NCBI GenBank assembly: GCA_012295275.1
Contig: CM022668.1
Location: 7,378,001-7,442,000 of the forward strand
Source: Chrysomallon squamiferum
Taxonomy: Eukaryota > Animalia > Mollusca
Length of the DNA stretch: 64,000 nucleotides
Reading direction: 5' to 3'
The notes below the pieces were generated by a model that saw only the letters and a list, made by a program, of their open reading frames with translations, was not told where the DNA came from and searched no databases. Below are positions 1-13,646 of this stretch, piece by piece (position 1 is the first letter of the stretch; every line of letters starts with the position of its first letter). Both the position numbers and the translations under genes were made by a program.

Positions 1-40
1 CCATGTGCCAGAGTGTGTGTGTGTGTGTGTGTCCATGTGC

Positions 41-78
<38 letters not shown>

Positions 79-129
79 ATGTGCCAGAGTGTGTATGTGT
101 GTGTGTGTGTGTGTCCATGTGCCAGAGTG

Positions 130-178
<49 letters not shown>
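1..178. repeat. Compound minisatellite CCATGTGCCAGAG + (TG)n, 4 units visible
   Basis: Unit starts at ~1, 33, 77 and 116; runs off the left edge. Confidence 0.9.
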
Positions 179-186
<8 letters not shown>

Positions 187-1767
187 TAGATAAATTATCT
201 ATACACATGCATGCATAAATAGAAAGGCATACACACATGCATCACACATACATAGATGTATATATGAGTGTATGTGCATGCTTGCATGTTTGTGTGTTTA
301 AGTGTATGTGTAGGTACAGACTGGCTGACAATATACATTTATGAAATTTGCACTGAAATGAAATTAGTATTTTTATCTTGAACATTCTTTAAATTTTAGT
401 GTTTATGTTTGTAAATACACTTAATATACTCTAAATACCTTATAAACCTTTTTAAATTGTTTAAAAATAAAGAGATACATATATATTTATTTGTTTGTGT
501 GTAAGATTGTGTGAGCGGATGTTTGTGTGTATGTAGGTGTGTGAGTGTATGGGTGTTAAGCATACACACATGTGCATTTGTTTAAAAACATCTTTTTATG
601 ATTTGCCTATTTATAATTAACTAAACTCAGCTCTCAAATGACTTTAAACTAATCCAATACAAATCCATAGCTGTCAAAATTTTCTCTGTAATTACGTACA
701 AACATCTGATGCTAACACTAGTAGCAGCAGAAAATCTTGTTTTCAACCAAATACATTTTTGTTGAGGCCTGATAATAATAAAAACAACAGAAACATAACC
801 AGTTGTGGTCATTAACTCTTTAACTCTATAGTTTGAGTGCATGACAAGTCACAGGTTCAGTCTTAATCCAGTACACTGGTTTAGCAATATTCCATTCCAA
901 CCAGTCCTCCTAAGTTAATTTATCAAAGTTTATACCTTGCTGCTTATGGGAAGGTTCGTAAAAATATTTCTTATTGCTAATCATTGTGATTATATTTCTG
1001 TTATGCCTGCAGTAGTTTTGCTTCATAATTCTTATCTTTTAATTTTTATTGATTATTGATTGGTTGATTTATTGATTTTAAGAATTACTGTTCTGTATTA
1101 GAAAAAATATATTTTTCAACATAAAATGAAATACATTTTATGATATAAAATTGATAATTTCTTAGTATTTATATATTTTTTGGAATTACAAATTTGTTTT
1201 CAATGTAACATTGCCATTTTTGTTTTTGTTTAAAGAACTGCAGTTTAAAGTTAGGGCAAAAAAGGTTATTAACCTTAACATAAACTTTTTAGAAAATAAA
1301 TTACTTTTTTATAATATAAAACTGACAATTTTTCAATTTTATTTATTAAACAATTATATTTTATGATTAAAATTTAATAAACACATTTTTTTTTTTCAAT
1401 CTATCATAAAACAAAATACTTTTTATGATGTAACAAAGACAAGGGTTAATAGTGTTTACTAATTCTTAACATAAATATATTATTGCAAAACAAAATGCAT
1501 ATTGTCAATGGTTGTTTATATTTTATCTGCAGGTAGGACAGAAACATTAACAAAAAGCTGACGTTATTAAACAGTGGGTGTAAATATATAGATTAATGAA
1601 ATGTCACCAGAATCAATACTGTGCAGAAATAAAACAATAATAATAAAAAAAATCTTAAAAAAAAAAAAAAAAAAAAATTGAAAAAAGCAAACATCGAACG
1701 TTTCTATATTAATTTCTAGTTACTTGTGTTATAAACAATATCTGCATTCTTGGATATTATGGACTGA

Positions 1768-1812
<45 letters not shown>

Positions 1813-1960
1813 ATAATAAAAATAAAAATTTAATTTCTAGTATATTGAAATAAATCATATATATATATATATAGACACACACACACACAGACACACACAC
1901 ATACACACACACACATACAGACACACACACACATACACAGACACATATACACACACACAC

Positions 1961-2208
1961 ACACACTCTGAAACAGAAACATGTTAATAACTGGACACAT
2001 AAAAATAGAATCGAGATCTCAAAATATCAACATGCTATGGACATACATACACATAAAACACACACACACACACACAAAACACACACACACACACACACAC
2101 ATACACACTCTGAAACAGAAACATGTTAATAACTGGACACATAAAAATAGAATCGAGATCTCAAAATATCAACATGCTATGGACATGCATACACATAAAA
2201 CACACACA
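1961..2208. repeat. 142-bp tandem duplication bounded by (CA)n
   Basis: ACACACTCTGAAACAGAAACATG... near-identical at 1961 and 2103. Confidence 0.9.
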
Positions 2209-2564
2209 AATATTCACCTATCTACCCACATGAAATGCATATAATCACCCACATGCAGAGATGCACATACACACATACACACAAACCATGTTCTCCCCTA
2301 CACACACTGTCTGAGTTAATACATGACAGGACTGTTTTGTTTTGAAATGTGTTTTAATTATACAGGTCTCACCACCTACCAAATTTAAAATAAAATAAAA
2401 TAAAATAAAATTCCATCTCTTCAACCAATTTTTTTTTTTTAAAACCATTAAAATTAACAAACAAAAAAAAAACAATAAGAAGACTGAAAAGAAATTCAAG
2501 AGCAAAATAAAAAAAATAAAAAAGACAAACCAAACAAAAAAGTGGTAATAGTAGTTTTAGTAAC

Positions 2565-2622
<58 letters not shown>

Positions 2623-2884
2623 CAACAACAACAACAACAACAAGAAAGAAATAATCATAATAATAAAGTAGTAATTATAATAACAATAAAATAAAATAAA
2701 ATAAACAAAATAAATGAAATGTTCCAGCAAATAAAAATGAAAATAAATAAAAGACAAGAAAAAAAAGACAGTTTTGATTCCCAGTGTGTGTTGTCAGTGA
2801 CAGTTTGTTTTCACTGCGTGGAACTGTCGTCTGATAAAAATCACTTTGAACATCTCTGCGCCATCTGTCACCCTTCCTCAGTGG

Positions 2885-2917
2885 GTCACATGACACCTAG
2901 ACTGTATCACGTCAGTT
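2885..2917. promoter_or_regulatory. M-box/CLEAR-like E-box GTCACATGAC, CRE-like TCACGTCA and Inr-like TCAGTT
   Basis: GTCACATGAC 2885-2894, TCACGTCA 2907-2914, TCAGTT 2912-2917, all just upstream of donor 2948. Confidence 0.35.
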
Positions 2918-2947
2918 CTGTTTTACAGCTAAATGCAGTATTGACAT
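2890..2947 (+). CDS. Candidate alternative 5' exon A (MTPRLYHVSSVLQLNAVLT-, in frame with exon 1); could instead be a 19-nt internal exon 2929-2947
   Basis: Donor AT|gtaagt at 2948 ends in phase 1, in the frame of ORF 2719..2955, and joins T+TC ACA ATG of exon 1. It lies in a CpG-bearing complex island at 2770-2950. Confidence 0.3.
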
Positions 2948-3161
2948 GTAAGTAGAACAGTAAATTAATTGGTTATGTTATAAGAAAAAAAATTAATTAT
3001 ATTTTTAAAAAATATGGTGTACTGGAGTTATCAGTTTTTATTGTTGGGTTTTATTTGCTGGAGTAATGTGAGTTTTTTTAAAGTTTTTTTTTTAAAATGT
3101 TATTTTATTTTTTGCAATGATTGTGTGTATGTTGTATATACATAAATATGTTTTATATGTA

Positions 3162-3201
<40 letters not shown>

Positions 3202-4220
3202 TGTGTCTGTGTATGTGTGTGAATATATGTATCATGGTATGTGAATGTATGTATATGTATAGTATATGTATGTGGGTGTATATTAATTAGTATTATATAA
3301 AAAATGTGTGTGTGTGCATGTATGTGTGTGTGTATTGTGTTTCAAAGAAAAATGAGTTAATTTGCTATACTACAAAATATCTATGATAAATGGATTTTGT
3401 ACTGGTGTACTACGTATTAGTAATTTTTTAAAATTTTTAATTTTTTTTAAAATCTTAAAGTATATTTAAAAATGTTTTTATATATATAAGAAATATATAT
3501 ATACATGATTATTGAAGAAATTAGTAAAATAGTTCCATTGTAAAATATCTCTGATAAATAGATTTATGTAATGGAATACTAAATTTGTTTCTATATTTTT
3601 GAATCAATTATATTATTACTTTAATGTTATTTTATATTTTGGTAATATTGTCTGTATATTTAATACTTGGGAAAATAGTTTGTTGTCCTAGGAAATATCT
3701 GTGACAAATGGATTTTTATACTGTATTTTATTTTTATTTTTTAAATTATTATATTTTCATGTTTAAAAAGTTTATATATTTGTGGAAAATTATTAAGAAG
3801 ATTTTAACAGAAAATATAAATGACTCAAAAAATTAAAATTAAATTATCAACATTAAATAATAAAAGATGTAAATATAAAAGAACTAAATAAAATGAATGA
3901 TAATGATTAAAGAAGTTTATTTATTAAGAAAAAATATGTAGATTATATAAAAAAAAAATAATAGTTGCTCTCCCAAATGCCATTAATAATAATAAAATTA
4001 ATTACTAAAAAAGTAAATAATAATAAAAATAATACCAATAAATTAAATAAGTAATAATGAATTAACACAATAAATAATAAATTATATTTCATTAATTAAT
4101 GTTAGAGTGAAATTGTTAACGTTAAATGTGTGAGATAAATTATTATTAAAATTGACATTTTATTTGATTTATATTATAATAATAGTAATAATAATAATAA
4201 TAATTATAATTATAATTATA

Positions 4221-4265
<45 letters not shown>

Positions 4266-4437
4266 TATTTATTTAAACAAGGACTTTTTAACAAAAATTA
4301 AGTAAACAATAATTTTTAAAATTACAAAAAATAGATAATGCATTAATAAGAATAATACCGTATGCATTTTAACAAAAATAATATCTAAAGTATGAATAAT
4401 TTAATAATCATGTTTAAAATGATAATTTATTAATATA

Positions 4438-4480
<43 letters not shown>

Positions 4481-4574
4481 TCTTCAACAAAAATTAAGTA
4501 AACAGTAATTTTTAAAATTACAAAAATACAAAATGCATTAATAAAAATAATAATAACGAATACATATTAACAAT

Positions 4575-4800
4575 ACTAATGTTGAAAATATGAAATATTT
4601 AATAATAAAGTTTAAAATAATAATTTAATAATACTGTTGAAAATATGAATAATTTAATAATACTGTTTGAAAATATGACTAATTTAATAATAAAGTTTAA
4701 ATTATGACTAATTTAATAATAAAGTTTAAAACATGACTAATTTAATAATAAAGTTTAAAACATGACTAATTTAATAATACTGTTTAAAATATGAATAATT
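4575..4800. repeat. ~29-bp AT-rich minisatellite (AATTTAATAATAAAGTTTAAAACATGACT)
   Basis: About 7 degenerate units; preceded by a ~200-bp duplication (4290 vs 4487). Confidence 0.75.
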
Positions 4801-5929
4801 TGAGTAACTGTCTTTTACACCTGAGAATTAAACATCTGTTTCTTGACTCACTTCTGTATGACAAGTCTGGATAAGAAAATACCATGCTTAAATATTTTTA
4901 TCTCACACATACATGTGACATAACATTTGTGATACAACCTTATTGAATTGTTACATGTTTGGAACACTAGTGGTTCAAATTTTTTTTTTTTAATTTTTTT
5001 TATTCAGTCACAATAATATTAAACCCAGCATTTGAAATTAGTTTTTAATTAGGTATTACTGAGGTAGCTTGCACTAACAGACCATTTAATTTAATTTATT
5101 TATTTTATCGTTTATTGTACGTTTAATATCTTGTTTAATTTAAATTTCTAACAGTGCACAGGGCTTTAATGAAATGGGAGGTAATTATTTAGAGCTGAAT
5201 TATTATTATAATTGTGTTATTTCTTTGTGTCTGGAAAATTAAAAATCTCGAGAGAGTATGGAAACAGAGGTTTTGGAAAATTGGTTGTGTACCTGTAACA
5301 AAAATAATAAAAAGTAAAAAATTAAATATAATGGAATTGCTTGACAAGAAGAAAAAGATTAAGTAACAACTGAAATGCCAAAAAAAAATAAATAAAAATA
5401 AAATTAAATTAAAATAAAATAAAATAACAAAGAAATGAAAAACATAATATATAAAATTAATAAATTAATAAATCAAATAAATCAATAAATAAGAAAATAA
5501 ATCAATAAATAAGAAAATAAATTAGTAAATAAATAAAACATTGCTCAAATATCTTTATGGTTTTGAACGAACCACTGATATTAATTAAAAATAGTTTCTA
5601 ATTTATTTTTATTATTACTTGCTTTTGATTATTAAATTAATACAGTTCACATTATTAACAGTTTTTTGATAAAATAAAAGTTAATTTGTTTTATATAAGT
5701 ACAAACCCGAGGTTATTGATGTGTGTGTGTGTGTGTGTATGTGTGTGTGTGTACCTTATTAATTAATATGCATTTGAAGGTGTATGTATAATATACATCA
5801 ATTAATATGATATAAAACCTTATTAAATTGTTAATGATAAAAATCAGTATTAATAATTAATTTTTTTAAACAGAATCTTTTTTTTTTTTTGGAAATTTAT
5901 TTTATTCTTTATCAGTCCATATATGTATA

Positions 5930-6465
5930 TGTCTGTGTATGTATATATGTGGGTCTCTGTATATATAAGTATGTATGTGTATGTGTGTGTCTCTATATAT
6001 ATAAGTATGTATGTATATATGTGTATCTCTGTATATATAAGTATGTATGTGTATGTGTGTGTCTGTATATATAAGTATGTATGTGTGTGTCTGTATATAT
6101 AAGTATGTATGTGTATGTGTGTGTCTGTATATATAAGTATGTATGTGTGTGTCTCTGTATATATAAGTATGTTTGTGTGTGTCTGTATATATAAGTATGT
6201 ATGTGTATGTGTATGTCTGTATATATAAGTATGTATGTGTATGTGTGTGTCTGTATATATAAGTATGTATGTGTATGTGTGTGTCTGTATATATAAGTAT
6301 GTTTGTGTGTGTCTCTGTATATATAAGTATGTGTGTGTCTCTGTATATATAAGTATGTATGTGTATGTGTATGTCTGTATATATAAGTATGTATGTGTGT
6401 GTCTCTGTATATATAAGTATGTGTGTGTCTCTGTATATATAAGTATGTATGTGTATGTGTGTGTA
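5930..6465. repeat. Minisatellite CTGTATATATAAGTATGT(ATGT)(GT)n, ~24-36 bp units
   Basis: Roughly 17 copies; source of spurious ORF 5850..6611. Confidence 0.9.
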
Positions 6466-6952
6466 TGCATGTTATCCCACACCATATATTTTATTTCTTT
6501 CATTTTCTTTAACTTTATCTCTAACACACACAGATGGTCATACACATGAACATGCACACAAACACACACATTCACACTCACACTCACACCCACAAACATA
6601 CCCCCACACACACAGTTTTAAACAATCATATCCACACATACACATTACTTATATCTGATTTAAATAAATATTACAGTTATATCATACTAGAACTTAAAAA
6701 AAAAAAAAAAATAAAAAATAAAAAATAAGAATAAGATTAATTAAATAATTACAAAAAATAATAATAATAAAATAAATTAATAAATTATAAAAAAGGAAAA
6801 TGTATGTCACTATGTGTTACATATTATTACAACAGAAAGCAGTTTGTTAATTGCTTGAGTGATTAACTAGTGATTAAACAATGATTGGTATGGGGTAAAC
6901 AGATGAAAGAAACACCTGTTTCATCAGTCACACCTGTGATTAAACTTTGATC

Positions 6953-7200
6953 TGTTTATGTGTTTATAGGTTTATTATTCATTTTCAAAGTATTCAGTTA
7001 CCTTGTTGAAAACTGTGTTACCTAGTTCATGAGTTAGATTACATTGTGAATGTACAGGTGTGTGTGTGTGTGTGTGTGTGTGTGTTGCTGTGTAGGTGTG
7101 TATGTGTTTACAGGTTTATTATTCATTTTCAAAGTACTTCAGTTACCTTGTTGAAAACTGTGTTACCTAGTTCACGAGTTAGATTACATTGTGAATGTAC

Positions 7201-7250
<50 letters not shown>

Positions 7251-7363
7251 CTGTGTAGGTGTGTATGTGTTTACAGGTTTATTATTCATTTTCAAAGTAC
7301 TTCAGTTACCTTGTTGAAAACTGTGTTACCTAGTTCACAAGTTAGATTACATTGTGAATGTAC

Positions 7364-7402
<39 letters not shown>

Positions 7403-7606
7403 GCTGTGTAGGTGTGTATGTGTTTGTAGGTTTATTATTCATTTTCAAAGTATTCAGTTACCTTGTTGAAAACTGTGTTACCTAGTTCACGCGTTAGATT
7501 ACATTGTGAATGTACAGGTGTGTGTGTGTGTGTGTGTGTGTGTCTGTGTATTTGTGTGTGTGTGTGTGTGTCTGTGTATTTGTGTGTGTGTGTGTGTGTC
7601 TGTGTA

Positions 7607-7647
<41 letters not shown>

Positions 7648-7724
7648 CTATGTAGGTGTGTGTGTATGGCTGTGTAGGTGTGTGTGTGTGTTTGTGTGTG
7701 TGTGTGTTTGTGTGTGTGTAGGTG

Positions 7725-7760
<36 letters not shown>
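6953..7760. repeat. Four ~150-bp tandem units separated by variable-length (TG)n
   Basis: GGTTTATTATTCATTTTCAAAGTA... at 6969, 7113, 7276 and 7429 (periods 144/163/153). A decayed fifth copy lies at ~7778-7830. Confidence 0.92.
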
Positions 7761-8867
7761 TAAAGATGTACAGTTAATTTTCAAAGTACTTTAGTTAACA
7801 GTGTTGCCTGGTTCATCAATTAGATTATACTTAATAAATATTAATATAGATATGATTTATATGATTTGCAAATTAAGTATGTGTGTGTGTGTGTGTTTAT
7901 TTTTAGGTTTAATGCACAAACATTAACACACATGCACATCCTTAATCATAAATATTTATTTTGGATATAATACAAAAAACAACAACAACAAAAGTAATAA
8001 TAATAAATAACATTAAATAATAATCATAATAACAACAACAACAACAACAATAATAATAATAATAAATTAATAATAAATAAAGATGAAAAAAACAACAATT
8101 AATAAATACATTTTCAGTATTTAACAAATAGTACACATAGAGAGATATATCAATTAAATTTTTATTTATTTATTATGTTTATTTATTTATTTAATCTATC
8201 GATCTATCTATATCTATCCATCTTTCTCTCTATCTATCTATCTATCTATCTATCTAACTATAACTACAATTGCCTTTTTTCTCGCAGAGTAGTACAAAGT
8301 AAGACATAATACAAATTGTTACAAAGTAGCATGAACAACAGTGTTATACAATGTAGTACAGAGTCAAACAGTGTGACTGTGCTTGTATGTAATTACTATT
8401 TGCTTTTCTCTGCACACAGTCCTAGCTTGTCACTGGAACGCAGCCTTTTCTCACTCTCTCTCTCTCAGACACTGTTAGCAATATCGGGGAAACCTTAACG
8501 TTTACTGGCAGTGTGTGGCTGTATGTGTCACTGATATGGACTGTTGTAGTTTTAAAAAAAATGAATACAACAATACTGGACTGATTTTGATCATTAGGCT
8601 GTATCTATGGCTTAAAAACACAATATCTGACACAGTAAATCATTGCGTTTGTGTTAAATATTAACAGTTTTTCTCAATAGATTTGTTTTCGGTTGACTGT
8701 TTGGATATATATATATGAATATGAGCAAATAACATGGATTATGTAGATATGTCAACAACAAGATGAGAAATTATTTTTTCCTAAAAAGACTACAATATGT
8801 TAAATCAGATTGAATGTGTGTTGACTCGTTTCTGTGATGCTAAGAAAAATGTGTTTTATGAGGCAAC

Positions 8868-8931
8868 ATGTGTTGGATTTCGGTTTTTAATTGGATTTTG
8901 CAAAACATCAGTCTAAAACATATATATGAAG
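8868..8931 (+). CDS. Candidate alternative 5' exon B, coding part MCWISVFNWILQNISLKHIYE- (5' UTR may start near 8288 or 8469)
   Basis: Perfect donor AAG|gtaagt at 8932. ATG in CAAC-ATG context preceded by an in-frame TGA (8859). Phase-1 end joins G+TC ACA ATG of exon 1. Confidence 0.5.
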
Positions 8932-9679
8932 GTAAGTAATAATTTTAATATTGGTTTTATTTACAGTTAGTGGGAATATAAAAACAGAATATATTTTACA
9001 GGTGTGTGTGACATTTCTGATGCATTTCACAGAAATTAGGTTTAGTTCAGTGTTAGTGAAACATTGACAATATGTTATAATCTGGTGAGCAAATTGTTTA
9101 GTTATTAATATTAAAATGTGTATTGTGAGATGAATAGGTATGAATGTGTGTGTGTGTGTATTTGGTGTTTATGTGTGCATCACCTGTTACAGAATATGTT
9201 TCTTTATATATATCTATGTGTGTGTCTAAATGTATATGTCAGAATCCAGCTCTATTGTTATTTTGTATCTATCTGTATATTAATTTTATTTCATACTGGC
9301 AAAATTTATCATTAGTATTAATAACATTTTTGTTGTTATTAACACATTATTACTACTTGAAGTGCTGTTGTTACTACTATTATTATTACTTTTATTACTA
9401 CAAATATTATTATTATTATTACTACTACTACTACTGCTGCTACTGCTGCTATACATGCATGATGATGTGTGTATGGGTGTGTGAGGTTGGTTTTTATATG
9501 TGTACAATTGTGTGCATATGCATATATGCATGAGTCCTGTTCATATGCATTATTTGCAACTATATGTTATATAATAGGGTTATTATTAATAACACATTTC
9601 TGCTTAAATAACTACATTAAAACATTGATTAACTAAATTAAAATATTGTGATTATTACTGATACTGAGGTAATTGTATT

Positions 9680-9818
9680 AAAACATTGTAATAATGACCT
9701 TATAACTGGTTTAAAACATTGTATTAATTACCTTATAACTGGTTTAAAACATTGTATTAATTACCTTATAACTGGTTTAAAATATTGTATTAATGACCTT
9801 ATAACTGGTTTAAAACAT
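9680..9818. repeat. 33-bp tandem repeat x4
   Basis: AAAACATTGTATTAATTACCTTATAACTGGTTT units. Confidence 0.9.
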
Positions 9819-10465
9819 TAGTTATCTGTATTAGTTTAAAAGGTATTGATGTGTAACAGTATTCTGTCTGGTGTTTAGGCTGGCCAAGGACAGGTGAAGA
9901 TTTTTATCCCATGTAAATAACAAAAATAACAAAAATAAGTTTTATCCTAAGAAATTTCACACAATATAACAATAGTTTTCTTTCACTATGAGAGTTGTGT
10001 ACATATAGATTTCAATAGTAACTTTCTTTTTATGCCTGGGTTTATATATATAAATATATATATTTGTGTATATATATATCTATATATATCTATCTATCTA
10101 TATATATATATATATATCTGTATGTATGTGAACTAGTATGTATGGATATGGATATTTCAGTAATAATAAAGTTTTAATGTTGAGGCAGACATAATAATGC
10201 AAATAGATTTTTGTTTTATGTGTGTGTCTGTCTGTATGTGCTAATATTTAAAGTAGCATTATTGGGGCAGATATCAATACATATGCATGAATACAAACAT
10301 GCATACACCTACACACCACCAAACACATCATCAACAACAGCAGTAAAAAATATATTAACATAAACAACTCCATTTATTACCATATCATAATAAATATACA
10401 CAGATATAGAAACAAATAACCCCACACATGCACAAAAACACACACACACACACTCTCACAGACAC

Positions 10466-10569
<104 letters not shown>

Positions 10570-11249
10570 ACAAACATACACACACACACACACACACATC
10601 TATGTCCACATATGTAAGAAATATTTATATGTCTGCCAGTTCAGAACAGTTTAACTGTATAATCACATAAGTCAGAATGTGTGTAGTTAATCCCAAAGGC
10701 TATGTGGATAGCAAAATGCTATTGATTTAATCTTAGTTCCAGGGCTTTTATCAAGATTATGAGATAAAGGAATATTTGTATGAAAACTTTTAATGAATGA
10801 TGTTTAGTTTAAATATTTTATATTTGTAAAATATTTTTACATTTATTTAAAAAAAAAATTGGTATGAATATTTATGAGTATAATATAATGCTGTATAAAC
10901 ATGTAATACAGATCTGAGAATTAACATATTTATACATACTTAAACGTACACTTTGTACACAAGAGCATTGCAAACTGATGTTTTCTTATTTCATTTTTTT
11001 ATTTCAAATATTGTGCTAAACAGCAAAACTTGCAAGTTTTTATTTTCCTTTTAAATTATATTAGTGTTCTTTGTCTTTCTGTAATTTGTTTTTCTTTTTC
11101 TCAAATTTTTTTCTTTTCTGTCAATCATTCTTATATTTTCTTCTTTTTTTCTTTCTTGCTTTCTCTGCCTGTTTTTCCATTTCTTTTTCTGTCTCTCTCT
11201 TTCTCTCTGACTATCTCTCTTGCAGTCTCTGTCTTCTTCTTTCTTGTTC

Positions 11250-11303
<54 letters not shown>

Positions 11304-12637
11304 ATTCTTCTCTCTCTTCACCTGTCTCTTTTAAATAACTATTTATTTTTTTCTCTTATAATTCTTGGGTTCTTCACCTCTGTATTTATTTTTCAGACAC
11401 ACACACACACACACATTAAATGTTTTCTCTTGTTTCATTCATAATTAAAAAAACAACAACAACATATATCTAATTTTTATAAATTATATTACAACTATTG
11501 ACTTTCATTCAATCTCTTTATCATTTCAGAATTAACAGAAACCACAGACTGCCACCCCCCAATCCTCTCCTCCCCCCTGTCTGCCAGCTTCCTAGGAGAC
11601 GTGAACAAAGAATAACACATTTCAGTGACCAGAGTCAATAAAGCTCGAGTGTCGGAACTGGAAAAACAGGATGTGAATTACTGCTGTTATGTCACAGTGA
11701 CCTGTGAGGATACCAAGACATCTTCACAGACCATCTTTCGGAGACATCAGGGAAAAAAATAAATAAAATAAAGACAAATCAGAAATTCTGGACAGGTTTT
11801 AAGAAAAATTGGAATAGTTTACTGTAATTTATTGCCCTGTTTTTTTCCTGCTTTGTTTAGAATTATTGATCAGGCAGAGCAGTGGTACTTTCAATCTGCA
11901 TGAAATAAATCTTTTTTGTTCTGTTTTTTTTTTGTTGAGGCACGACGTTTTACTTAAACATTTGAATAAAAGACATTCTTCTGGATTGCACAACTTTACC
12001 ATCGGCGAAGAAAAAATTAAAATAATTTTTAGTAGTAGTAAATATTTGATTTGGACAAAATTTTTACAGTTAAATTTTAAATTTCTTTTTTGATTTGTAA
12101 GTCACGGTTTTATTAATTATAATTTTAAAAAGTTAACAGAGTTACTGTTATTATTATTATTATTATTAAGCTCATTAAAAAGAAGAATTAAAACTTTAAC
12201 CTGGATTTTCACTTGACTGGAAGAAATAATTTCTAGGAACCATTTGATTGGTTGAAATAATATCACATAATCATCTAATTGGTTGAAAAATTTCACAGGA
12301 TTATCTCATTGGCTGGAGCAGATTCTTAGCTATAGAAAGTTATTTGATAAAATTTAAAGATTACATTTACATCTAACATAATAAAAAAAACGGGATTTTA
12401 AATTTCTTCTTCAACAGAAAAACATGAAAAAAATTCAGTAAACTGCACTAATCCTAAAAAAAAAAAAAAAAAAAAAGAAGAATATTTGGATTAAATCACA
12501 GAATAGTGATGTTAGAGAAACTGTGACAGAACAAACTTTCATATTGGATGGAACTGTTGAGACTATGGAATATGCTGGATATATAACCACAGAAGAAAAA
12601 TAGGAAATTAAAAAAGTGAAACACTAATTATTCTGTG

Positions 12638-12656
12638 ATGACAGCAGCAGTAGAAG
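12638..12656 (+). CDS. Candidate alternative 5' exon C, coding part MTAAVE-
   Basis: Donor AAG|gtcagt at 12657. ATG at 12638 follows an in-frame TGA (12617), and the phase-1 end is in frame with exon 1. Promoter-like complex sequence lies at ~11530-11750. Confidence 0.35.
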
Positions 12657-13089
12657 GTCAGTAATTTAATTTTTGAAGTTCTGTTTGTTACTATTGCAGT
12701 TTCTTATTTTCTGTTCTGACCACAGCACTGATAAATGTAAATAAATGTCTGTGTATATTTTAACACATAATACATGCATGTATGCATGCTTAAACACAAA
12801 CATACATGTTAAACAGACATTACATACCCAATATACACAGACATAGAGATTCATAAACATAGAAATAACACAAAGATACCATCATATGATAGTCCATAAA
12901 TAATGTACATTGTTTATTTGTAAGAACAATGTTCAATAAAAAATAAATGTGTCAGTTTATTTGATGTTTTTAGTATGTAAGGCATTGAATATATCTTATA
13001 AATAGATAAATAGAATAGAATAAAATAAAATAAATAGAATAAAATAAAATAAAATTATTGATAAATAAAATAAATACTAAAATTATAAT

Positions 13090-13639
13090 TTATTTATTTT
13101 TTGTTTTTTTTTTTTTTTTATTTTTTATTTTCTTTTTTATTTTCTTATTTATTTATTACTTATTTATTTGTTCATTCATTATTCCTTCCATTCCTTTCTT
13201 CCTTCCTTTTTTTTTTATTTATTTATTTTATATTTATTTATTTAGTTATTTACTTGTTTATTTATTTGTTTGTTTGCTTAATTTATTTATTTACTTGTTT
13301 ATTTATTAATTTGTTTGTTTGTTTGTTTAATTTATTTATTATCTTATTTATTTATTTACTTGTTTATTTATTTGTTTATTTGTTTATTTATTTGTTTATT
13401 TGTGTATTTGTTTATTTATTTGTGTATTTGTGTATTTGTTTACTTGTTTGTTTGTTTACTTGTTTGTTTATTTGTTTGTTTGTTTACTTGTTTACTTGTT
13501 TATTTGTTTACTTGTTTGTTTGTTTATTTGTTTATTTGTTTGTTTGTTTACTTGTTTGTTTGTTTACTTGTTTATTTGTTTGTTTGTTTACTTGTTTATT
13601 TGTTTATTTATTTGTTTACTTGTTTGTTTGTTTACTTTC
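13090..13639. repeat. (TTTA/TTTG/TTAC)n tetranucleotide tract abutting the exon 1 acceptor
   Basis: Seen directly; source of the hydrophobic pseudo-ORF 13101..13760. Confidence 0.9.
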
Positions 13640-13646
13640 AGTCACA

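Noticed and set aside
6953-7530. Repeat-spacer pattern superficially like a CRISPR array
   Set aside because: Units are ~125 bp, the spacers are just (TG)n, the context is eukaryotic and no cas genes are present.
12091-12102. GTAAGT at 12097 as the donor of a coding 5' exon (likewise 35732, 37166, 39587)
   Set aside because: A stop codon is met before any ATG in the required phase-1 frame and no clear acceptor is paired. These could at most be UTR donors.
13101-13646. Long hydrophobic N-terminus of ORF 13101..13760 resembling a multi-pass membrane protein
   Set aside because: It is the (TTTG/TTTA)n tract; an acceptor at 13641 separates it from the real exon.
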